This document shows, piece after piece, positions 1 to 5,807 of a stretch of DNA of 16,650 nt (the stretch's first letter is position 1; each line of letters begins with the position of its first letter). A program made the position numbers and the translations under genes. Below the pieces are notes generated by a model. The model had not been told where the DNA came from, did not search any database, and saw only the letters and a list, made by a program, of their open reading frames with translations. Source of the DNA: Frankiales bacterium (lineage in GTDB: Bacteria > Actinomycetota > Actinomycetes > Mycobacteriales > SCTD01); assembly GCA_025965935.1 (NCBI GenBank), contig JAOPVZ010000272.1:1-16650 (forward strand), in the 5' to 3' direction.

Positions 1-673
1 CCTCCTTGAACGGCGTCTTCAGGGTGGCGAGCTTCTCGAGCGTGCCGCCGGGACGGATCCCCTCGTCCTTGGTGACGAGACCGTTCTCGGTCTGCACGCC
101 GACGATCTGCGCGTCGAAGGCGCCGGCCTCCTGCGCGGCCTGCGCACGCTCCTGCGACTGCAGGCCGTACTCGTCGAGCTGGGTGCGGCTGAAGCCCCAC
201 TCGTCGGCGATCTGCTCGGCACCGAGGCCCTGGTTGGGGAAGTCCTGGCCGTAGCGGTCGAAGTACATCTGGCCGAGCGGGCTGGCGGTGAAGCTGCTGC
301 CCATCGGCGTCCGGCTCATCATCTCGACGCCACCGGCGACCGCGACGTCGTACTGCCCGGCGATGACGCCCGCCGCCGCGAAGTGCACGGCCTGCTGGCT
401 CGAGCCGCACTGCCGGTCGACCGTCGTGCCCGGCACGTGCTCCGGCCAGCCGGCGGACAGCACCGCGGTGCGCGCGATGTCGAAGGTCTGCTCGCCGATC
501 TGCATCACGCAGCCCCACACCACGTCGTCGACGACGCCGGGGTCGATGCCCGAGCGCTCGGCCAGCGCCTGCAGGACCAGCGCTGAGATGTCAGCGGAGT
601 GGATGCCGGACAAGCCGCCGTTGCGCTTGCCGACGGGGGTGCGTACTGCCTCGACGATGACGGCGTCGCGCAT
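1..673 (-). CDS. Thiolase-family acetyl-CoA C-acyltransferase (FadA-like). The N-terminal 224 codons are present; the 3' end lies outside the window.
   Basis: Reverse-complement translation from the ATG (complement of 671-673) gives MRDAVIVEAVRTPVGKRNGGLSGIHSADISALVLQALAERSGIDPGVVDDVVWGCVMQ...VDRQCGSSQQAVHFAAAGV, the classic thiolase N-terminus with the catalytic Cys in the DRQCGSS motif. An RBS GGAGA lies 6-10 nt upstream on the minus strand. The gene is absent from the ORF track only because it runs off the window edge. Confidence 0.9.
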   Translation of the reverse strand, partial: MRDAVIVEAVRTPVGKRNGGLSGIHSADISALVLQALAERSGIDPGVVDDVVWGCVMQIGEQTFDIARTAVLSAGWPEHVPGTTVDRQCGSSQQAVHFAAAGVIAGQYDVAVAGGVEMMSRTPMGSSFTASPLGQMYFDRYGQDFPNQGLGAEQIADEWGFSRTQLDEYGLQSQERAQAAQEAGAFDAQIVGVQTENGLVTKDEGIRPGGTLEKLATLKTPFKE

Positions 674-876
674 GGGCGGTCTCCTCGTGTGTCGGTGGTG
701 TTCCCACGGTAAACCGTCGTTCACGCCCGCAGAAGAGCAGTCCGGTGTGACCTACGACGTTCCTCTTGCCAGGACCTGGGTCGCCCGCTTCGGGACCGCC
801 TCGTGAGGGCCCCGCCCTGGCCGCGGTGCGGCGATTCCGTCAACGCGATCCTGTACTCGCTAGGGTCGATGGCGAC

Positions 877-960
877 GCCCCTGTCGACTAGCGGTCGATG
901 TCTTCGGACTTTTAATCCGACGCGGAAACGCCATCGTAGGTTCGAATCCTACCGGGGGCA
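877..960 (+). tRNA. tRNA-Lys(UUU)-like gene, 84 nt, with an atypically long 15-nt variable region. It could be functional, a pseudo-tRNA or an att-site remnant.
   Basis: Hand-folded cloverleaf. The acceptor stem GCCCCTG(877-883)/CGGGGGC(953-959) has 7 bp with one G-U, and the discriminator is A960. There is no encoded CCA. U8 is present. The D-stem GAC(T)/(T)GTC carries an AGCGGTCGA loop containing GG. The anticodon stem TCGGA(904-908)/TCCGA(916-920) carries the loop CUUUUAA with U33, anticodon UUU (911-913) and A37. The T-arm GTAGG-TTCGAAT-CCTAC is at 936-952. The variable region 921-935 (CGCGGAAACGCCATC) can form a 3-bp stem capped by a GAAA tetraloop. Confidence 0.55.
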
Positions 961-1011
961 CTTGCCTGAACGTGTCCGGAAACTGTCGGATCTGTGTTCT
1001 AACGTCGTGCG

Positions 1012-1512
1012 GTGAAGAAATGCGGGACGTGCCACGAGATCAAGCCGCTCGACGATTTCAACCGCCTGCGGGGCGCGCCGGACGGTCGCCAGCCGCGGTG
1101 CCGCGACTGCTGCAAGGCTTGGTACGCCGCAAACAGCGCACAGCACAAGGCCAACGTGGCGCGCCGCACCCGCCAGGTGCTCGCGCTCTACTACTCCCGG
1201 GTCAGGGAGTACTTCGCTACGCACCCTTGCGTCGACTGCGGGGAGACCGACATCCGGGTGCTCGAGTTCGATCACCGGCCGGATGAGGTGAAGCTGGCGG
1301 ACGTGGCGCAGCTGATCAGTCGCCGGCAGCCGTGGTCGATCGTGCAGGCGGAGATCCTCAAGTGCGACGTGCGCTGCAGCAACTGCCACCGGAGGTTGAC
1401 CGGCGCGCGCGCGAACTCCTGGAGGCAGCGCGCCTACGAGGAGGACATCAAGCGGACGAGGGAGCTCGTGAGGAACCGGTTGCAGACGTTGTTCCCGAAA
1501 GCCTCCATGTGA
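1012..1512 (+). CDS. HNH endonuclease (166 aa) with an N-terminal Cys4 zinc ribbon.
   Basis: ORF MKKCGTCHEIKPLDDF...CRDCCKAWY (CxxC...CxxC ribbon) followed by CVDCGETDIRVLEFDHRPDEVK...CSNCHRR, which is the HNH ββα-metal pattern (C-x2-C ... DH ... N ... C-x2-C-H). GTG start at 1012 (only the ORF-track convention renders it M), with no obvious SD. The gene sits 52 bp downstream of the tRNA-like gene. The local GC content is visibly lower than the surrounding genes. Confidence 0.8.
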   Translation: MKKCGTCHEIKPLDDFNRLRGAPDGRQPRCRDCCKAWYAANSAQHKANVARRTRQVLALYYSRVREYFATHPCVDCGETDIRVLEFDHRPDEVKLADVAQLISRRQPWSIVQAEILKCDVRCSNCHRRLTGARANSWRQRAYEEDIKRTRELVRNRLQTLFPKASM

Positions 1513-1533
1513 GGGCTCGTCCGGGGGGACGTC

Positions 1534-1848
1534 TCAGAGACGGCTGACGAGATCCCGCACCCGGCCGTCGATGTCGTCGACGGTCGCGCGCACCACCTCG
1601 AGTGGCTGCTCCTTTGGGTCGTCGACCGTCCAGCCCTCGTAGCGCTTGCCAGGGAGACCGGGCAGGTCTTGCCGCAGCCCATCGTCACGACGACATCAGC
1701 CTCCTGGACGCCCTCGACGGTGGGCGTGGTCCTCGACGGGCAGCCCACGCTCCGCGAGCACCTGCGCGACCGCAGGGTAGCTACGTGCGACCTCGGACTG
1801 CGACTGGCCGGCCAGAACAGCCGTGATGACAAGGCGACGCTTCGACAT
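1534..1848 (-). pseudogene. Decayed paralog of the LMW-PTP-type arsenate reductase ArsC. It is frameshifted and lacks the Cys-X5-Arg P-loop.
   Basis: About 85% nucleotide identity to the intact arsC at 4762-5136 over about 250 nt. The segments encoding AVAQVLAERGLPVEDH, TVEGVQEADVVVTMGCGKTCPV and GKRYEGWTVDDPKEQPLEVVRATVDDIDGRVRDLVSRL* are conserved but lie in two different frames. Relative to the intact copy there is an 11-nt deletion near 1722 and a 1-nt deletion near 1650. Reading from the ATG at 1846-1848 gives MSKRRLVITAVLAGQSQSEVARSYPAVAQVLAERGLPVEDHAHRRGRPGG and then a TGA stop after 50 codons. The N-terminus has no catalytic Cys. Confidence 0.75.
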
Positions 1849-1886
1849 CCCGCAGCCTGCGAGTCACCGCTATGCCGAAGACCTGC

Positions 1887-1930
1887 GACACGCCATTCCG
1901 ATGTCCCGAGACACCCCCATTCCGATGTCC
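1887..1930. repeat. Tandem direct repeat, 2 x about 21 bp, GACAC(N1-3)CCATTCCGATGTCC.
   Basis: Unit 1 spans 1887-1906 (gacacgccattccgatgtcc) and unit 2 spans 1910-1930 (gacacccccattccgatgtcc). The 15-nt cores CATTCCGATGTCC... are identical, with a period of about 23 bp. They lie in the 300-bp non-coding gap upstream of the DyP-encapsulin operon. Confidence 0.7.
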
Positions 1931-1942
1931 TGAACCAGCGCA

Positions 1943-1987
1943 CTACCGGGGGCACTCTCGTGATCGCTCAGAGTGGCCCCCTACCGG
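1943..1987. promoter_or_regulatory. Near-perfect 11-bp inverted repeat with an 11-bp spacer, flanked by direct CTACCGG copies. It is a candidate operator or stem-loop.
   Basis: The left arm GGGGGCACTCT (1948-1958) pairs with the right arm AGAGTGGCCCC (1970-1980) at 10 of 11 positions. The spacer is cgtgatcgctc. CTACCGG occurs at 1943-1949 and again at 1981-1987 in the same orientation. No U-tract follows on either strand, so a protein-binding site is more likely than an intrinsic terminator. Confidence 0.5.
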
Positions 1988-2155
1988 ACGAGCGCCGCCG
2001 GAGGGAGGATCTAGGCAGTTCACCTGCGCACGGTGGATCACCGGGTAACGCGAAGTACGTGATGCCGTCGTGCATGGCTCATGTTGAGTGCGCGGCTCAC
2101 AGTCGCGTCCGGTCACGTCGCCGGTGGCGGGCCCGACCCCAAGGGGGGTGGATCG

Positions 2156-3214
2156 GTGGCCGAGGAGACCAGGTCGCAGCCTGTCCTGACGCCGCTCACC
2201 GAGGCGGCGATCTTCCTGGTGCTGACGGTCTCCACGGGCGGCGAGGACGTCGTGCGAGGGCTCCTTGCCGACTCCGCCGGGATCGTGCGTTCCGTCGGGT
2301 TCCGCGATCCTGACGGGGAGCTGTCCTGCGTCTTCGGGATCGGGTCGAACGCCTGGGACCAGCTCTTCGGCGGACCCCGCCCGGCCGAGCTGCACCCGTT
2401 CCGCGAGGTCGTCGGTGCGCGGCACACGGCAGTGTCGACGCCTGGGGACCTGCTGTTCCACATCCGCTCCCGCCGCATGGATCTCTGCTTCGAGCTGGCC
2501 GGGCACCTCGTCGGCCGGCTCCCCGGCGCGGCCGGTGTCGTGGACGAGGTCCACGGGTTCAAGTACTTCGACGAGCGCGACCTGATGGGCTTCGTCGACG
2601 GCACCGAGAACCCGACCGGCCCGTCCGCCCTGCCCGCAGCGACCATCGGTGACGGCGACCCGGGCTTCACCGGTGGCAGCTATGTGATCGTGCAGAAGTA
2701 CCTGCACGACCTCCCCGCGTGGAACGCGATCTCGGTCGAGGAGCAAGAGCGCGTCATCGGCCGGACCAAGCTCACCGACATGGAGCTGCCGGATGACGTG
2801 AAGCCGGCCAACTCGCACGTCGCGCTCAACACGATCGTCGACGAGAACGGCGAGCAGCTGCAGATCGTCCGCGACAACATGCCGTTCGGGCACGTCGGAG
2901 AAGGGGAGTTCGGCACCTACTTCATCGGCTATGCCGCGAGCCCCGCGGTGACCGAGCAGATGCTGGCCAACATGTTCATCGGCAGGCCAGCCGGCAACAC
3001 CGACCGCATCCTCGACTTCTCGGTCGCCGTGACCGGCTCCCTGTTCTTCGTCCCCACAGCGGACTTCCTCGAGAACCTGCCGCCTCGACCAGGCTCCGAC
3101 GCGACGGTCGACGCCGGCAGCAGCGCGCCTGCGCCGGTCGCGGCCACCCCCGACGACCCCCGACCCGATCACTCGCTGCGGATCGGCAGCCTGAGAAGGA
3201 GCTCCTCACCATGA
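2156..3214 (+). CDS. Dye-decolorizing (DyP-type) peroxidase, an encapsulin cargo protein with a C-terminal targeting peptide.
   Basis: Contains the GFVDGTENP DyP signature. It is conserved along its length with DyP family proteins (...SQPVLTPLTEAAIFLVLTV..., ...ELHPFREVVGARHTA..., ...DEVHGFKYFDERDLMGFVDGTENP). The C-terminal ...DHSLRIGSLRRSSSP matches the encapsulin cargo-loading consensus (SLxIGSLK/R). I chose the GTG at 2156 as the start because it is preceded by the RBS AAGGGGGG (2141-2148). The ORF-track start at 2081 is probably an over-extension. The stop codon overlaps the encapsulin ATG (ATGA). Confidence 0.9.
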   Translation: MAEETRSQPVLTPLTEAAIFLVLTVSTGGEDVVRGLLADSAGIVRSVGFRDPDGELSCVFGIGSNAWDQLFGGPRPAELHPFREVVGARHTAVSTPGDLLFHIRSRRMDLCFELAGHLVGRLPGAAGVVDEVHGFKYFDERDLMGFVDGTENPTGPSALPAATIGDGDPGFTGGSYVIVQKYLHDLPAWNAISVEEQERVIGRTKLTDMELPDDVKPANSHVALNTIVDENGEQLQIVRDNMPFGHVGEGEFGTYFIGYAASPAVTEQMLANMFIGRPAGNTDRILDFSVAVTGSLFFVPTADFLENLPPRPGSDATVDAGSSAPAPVAATPDDPRPDHSLRIGSLRRSSSP

Positions 3215-4011
3215 ACAACCTGCATCGCGAGCTCGCACCCATCTCGGACGCGGCCTGGACCGACATCGAGGACGAGGCGCGCCGCACCTTCACGCTGCAC
3301 GTCGCCGGCCGTCGTACCGTCGACGTGCTGGGCCCGTCCGGCGAGCAGCTGTCTGCCGTCGGCACCGGGCACCAGAGCGAGCTCGAGCCGCCCTATCCCG
3401 GCGTGCGTGCCAGGCGTCGCGAGATCGCCCCGATCGTGGAGTTCCGGGTCCCGTTCCGTGTCTCCCGCGACGCCGTGGACGATGTCGAGCGCGGCGCGAA
3501 TGACTCCGACTGGCAACCGGTCAAGGACGCCGCGAAGGAGCTCGCGTTCGCCGAGGACCGCGCCGTGATCGACGGGTTCCGGGCGGGCGGCATCACCGGG
3601 CTGCGTCCGGCCTCGTCCAACCCTCAGCTGAGCCTGCCAGCCGATCCGCGCGAGTACCCGACCGCCCTGGCGCAGGCGATGAGCGCGCTGCGCTTCGCGG
3701 GTGTGGGCGGTCCCTACAGCCTGCTGCTGTCCGCGAACCTCTACACGGAGGTCGTCGAGACGACGGACCACGGCTACCCGATCCACGAACACCTCATGCG
3801 CGTCATCGGCGACGACGGCGAGATCGTCTGGGCCCCTGCCATCGACGGCGCAGTCCTGCTGTCCACCCGCGGCGGCGACTTCCAGCTGCACCTGGGGCAG
3901 GACACCTCGATCGGCTACCTCTCCCACGACGCCCGCTCGATCGAGCTGTACGTCGAGGAGTCGCTGGCCTTCGTCGTCAACACCACTGAGGCGGCCGTCA
4001 ACCTGGTCTGA
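3211..4011 (+). CDS. Family 1 encapsulin shell protein (Linocin M18 / Cfp29-like).
   Basis: The N-terminus MNNLHRELAPISDAAWTDIEDEARRTF and internal motifs (VPFRVSRDAVDDVERGANDSDWQPVKDAAKELAFAEDRAVIDGF, SLLLSANLYTEVVETTDHGYPIHEHL, IVWAPAIDGAVLLSTRGGDFQLHLGQD) are characteristic of encapsulins. An RBS GAAGGAG sits at 3195-3201. The gene is translationally coupled to the upstream DyP gene. Confidence 0.95.
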   Translation: MNNLHRELAPISDAAWTDIEDEARRTFTLHVAGRRTVDVLGPSGEQLSAVGTGHQSELEPPYPGVRARRREIAPIVEFRVPFRVSRDAVDDVERGANDSDWQPVKDAAKELAFAEDRAVIDGFRAGGITGLRPASSNPQLSLPADPREYPTALAQAMSALRFAGVGGPYSLLLSANLYTEVVETTDHGYPIHEHLMRVIGDDGEIVWAPAIDGAVLLSTRGGDFQLHLGQDTSIGYLSHDARSIELYVEESLAFVVNTTEAAVNLV

Positions 4012-4202
4012 GCCGGGCGCACAGAGCGTCGCACGCTGTGACGTCCGACCTGACCCGGGTGGTCGCCAGGGCTCTGGTCGAGCCCCGTGCGGCGCTCAAA
4101 GATGCGGAGCGCGTCCGCTGATTCCTACGAACGAGGTATCGCCGCCCTCGCTCCAAGACTCCCCCAACAAGGGACCTCGACAGAGGAGAAGGGTCGATCA
4201 TC

Positions 4203-4628
4203 ATGGCACTGTCCGACAAGCTCAGCGATCTGGCTGCCCGGTCGAAGAAGACCGAGGACCTGGCAACTGCAGCCCGGCAGAAGGACCGCGCGAAGCTCGA
4301 GAGCCAGCGCGACAAGTTGAACACGTCGATCGCTGCCAACAACGCCAAGGCGAAGGAGCGCGCCGCGTCCGCCAAAGGCGAGACGCAGCAGTGGTGGAAC
4401 GACGCACGCTCGTCGATGGACAAGCGGTTCGCCACGGTGCGTGCCGCGGCAGACGAGCGGCGCAGCGAGCGGGACATGAAGAAGGCCGAGCGCCAGGCTG
4501 AACAGGCTGAACAGGACGCCGCGGACGCCATCGACTGGGCCGTCTACGTCCTCGACCAGGCCGAGTACGCCGTCATCGACGCGGTCGTTGCCCGCGCCGA
4601 CGCAGACGACCTGGCGCGCAGCGGCTGA
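4203..4628 (+). CDS. Hypothetical coiled-coil protein (141 aa), Ala/Arg/Glu/Lys-rich, with no recognisable catalytic motif.
   Basis: ATG at 4203 preceded by a strong RBS GAGGAGAAGGG (4183-4193). The sequence MALSDKLSDLAARSKKTEDLATAARQKDRAKLESQRDKLNTSIAANNAKAKERAASAKGETQQWWNDARSSMDKRFATVRAAADERRSERDMKKAERQAEQAEQDAADAIDWAVYVLDQAEYAVIDAVVARADADDLARSG is predicted helical or coiled-coil with an acidic C-terminal segment. It has no encapsulin targeting peptide. It sits 190 bp downstream of the encapsulin gene. Confidence 0.6.
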   Translation: MALSDKLSDLAARSKKTEDLATAARQKDRAKLESQRDKLNTSIAANNAKAKERAASAKGETQQWWNDARSSMDKRFATVRAAADERRSERDMKKAERQAEQAEQDAADAIDWAVYVLDQAEYAVIDAVVARADADDLARSG

Positions 4629-4663
4629 TCAGGGGCCAGGCAGCAGCGCTGGTAGGCATCGGC

Positions 4664-4682
4664 GGCGCGCGTGACCCGCGCC
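4664..4682. terminator. GC-rich hairpin between convergent genes. It is a possible bidirectional terminator, although no U-tract follows.
   Basis: The stem GGCGCG (4664-4669) pairs with CGCGCC (4677-4682) around a 7-nt loop cgtgacc. It lies in the 133-bp gap between the hypothetical gene, which ends at 4628, and the converging arsC, which ends at 4762. Confidence 0.35.
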
Positions 4683-4761
4683 ACTATCGGTGCGTTTGTC
4701 GCCCTCCTCACGGTCTGTGCGCTTGTCGTTGGGCGCGCCGAGACGGTGTCCGGGCTCGCTC

Positions 4762-5136
4762 TCAGAGCCGGGTGACGAGCTCTCGCACGCGAGCGTCGAT
4801 GTCGTCGACGATCGCGCGCACCACATCGAGTGGCAGGTCCTTTGGGTCGTCGACCGTCCAGGCCTCGTAGCGCTTGCCGGGGAAGACCGGGCAGGTCTCG
4901 CCGCAGCCCATCGTCACCACGACATCAGCCTCCTGGACGCCGTCGACGGTGAGCAGCGTCGGGACGTGGTCCTCGACGGGAAGCCCGCGCTCGGCGAGCA
5001 CCTGCGCGACCGCAGGGTTCACGCCGCTGCCGGGCTCGGAGCCGGCGGACCGGGCGTCGAGTCCGTAGTGGCGGGCGAGTACCTGGGCAGCTACGGAGCG
5101 GCCGCTGTTGTGGATGCAGGCGAAGAGCACGATCAC
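4762..5136 (-). CDS. arsC: Arsenate reductase ArsC of the low-molecular-weight phosphatase family. A thioredoxin- or mycothiol-coupled type is likely.
   Basis: The N-terminus (M)IVLFACIHNSGRSVAAQ carries the Cys-X5-Arg-Ser P-loop of LMW-PTP-type ArsC, and a downstream GCGETCP motif carries the additional cysteines. GTG start at 5134-5136, preceded by the RBS GAGGGG. The start overlaps the stop of the upstream MIP gene (GTGA). It is the last gene of an arsR-aqp-arsC operon. Confidence 0.85.
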   Translation of the reverse strand: MIVLFACIHNSGRSVAAQVLARHYGLDARSAGSEPGSGVNPAVAQVLAERGLPVEDHVPTLLTVDGVQEADVVVTMGCGETCPVFPGKRYEAWTVDDPKDLPLDVVRAIVDDIDARVRELVTRL

Positions 5137-5807
5137 GACGCGATCCCCTCGGCGATCTGGCGGGCGTCCGGGTACAGCACCCGGACGACGAGGAAGCCGA
5201 GCGCCCCACCGACGAGCTGCGCGCCGACGAACGCGGCGATGCTCGACGGGTCGATGCCGGCGAAGGTGTTGGTCAGCGACCGCGCCACGGTGATGGCGGG
5301 GTTGGCGAAGCTCGTGCTGGAGGTGAACCAGTAGGCAGCGGCGATGTAGCCGCCGACGGCGAACGGCACGGCGGTACGGCGGGAGCGCGCGACCCCGAAG
5401 ACGACCAGCACGAGCCCGAGGGTCGCGACGACCTCACCGAGCAGCTGGCCGTGCCCTCCACGGGAGTGCGTGCTCCAGGTGACGGCGGGTTCGTCGTACA
5501 TGAGGTTGGCGACCACGACGCCCAGGGAGGTGCCGAGGAGCTGCACCACGACGAAGACCGCCGCGTGCGTGGTGGAGACCGCACCGAGGCCGCGCTCGAC
5601 GAGCGTGACGACCGGGTTGAACGCCGCCGACACCGGACCGAGGGCGAGGATGAGCGCGATGAGCGCGGCGCCGGTGGCGATGCTGTTCTCCAGCAGCTGC
5701 AGGCCCCTGTCCTGCGTCAGCTCGCTGGCGGCGATGCCGGAGCCGACGACGGCAGCGGCCAGGAAGGCGCTGCCGAGCAGCTCGGCGAGCGCCCGCCTCA
5801 GCAGCAC
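5133..5807 (-). CDS. MIP-family channel (aquaglyceroporin), AqpS-like arsenite channel.
   Basis: About 225 aa with six predicted hydrophobic helices. The first half-helix motif is SAAFNPVVT, an NPV variant of NPA. The second is FANPAITVAR. I chose the GTG at 5805-5807 as the start; it overlaps the arsR stop codon. Everything upstream of it in the 282-aa ORF-track entry is an Arg/Pro-rich out-of-context extension that overlaps arsR. The stop overlaps the arsC start. Confidence 0.8.
   Translation of the reverse strand: MLLRRALAELLGSAFLAAAVVGSGIAASELTQDRGLQLLENSIATGAALIALILALGPVSAAFNPVVTLVERGLGAVSTTHAAVFVVVQLLGTSLGVVVANLMYDEPAVTWSTHSRGGHGQLLGEVVATLGLVLVVFGVARSRRTAVPFAVGGYIAAAYWFTSSTSFANPAITVARSLTNTFAGIDPSSIAAFVGAQLVGGALGFLVVRVLYPDARQIAEGIAS

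Noticed and set aside
877-960. Interpretation of the long-arm tRNA as tRNA-Sec or another class II tRNA (Leu, Ser or Tyr).
   Set aside because: The anticodon loop is unambiguously CUUUUAA, giving anticodon UUU. There is no UCA, the acceptor stem has 7 bp rather than 8 bp, and the D-arm is not Sec-like.
877-1512. A group I intron or homing-endonuclease-in-tRNA arrangement.
   Set aside because: The HNH gene lies wholly downstream of the tRNA 3' end, not in the anticodon loop. No intron-like structure interrupts the tRNA.
1519-1531. The near-palindrome CGTCTCAGAGACG at the HNH/arsC-pseudogene junction.
   Set aside because: The loop is too short (1-3 nt) for a stable hairpin. It overlaps the pseudogene stop codon and is probably coincidental.
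4100-4120. The small hairpin GCGGA-gcgcg-TCCGC upstream of the hypothetical gene.
   Set aside because: It has a 5-bp stem only, with no U-tract and no conservation cue. It is indistinguishable from chance in GC-rich DNA.
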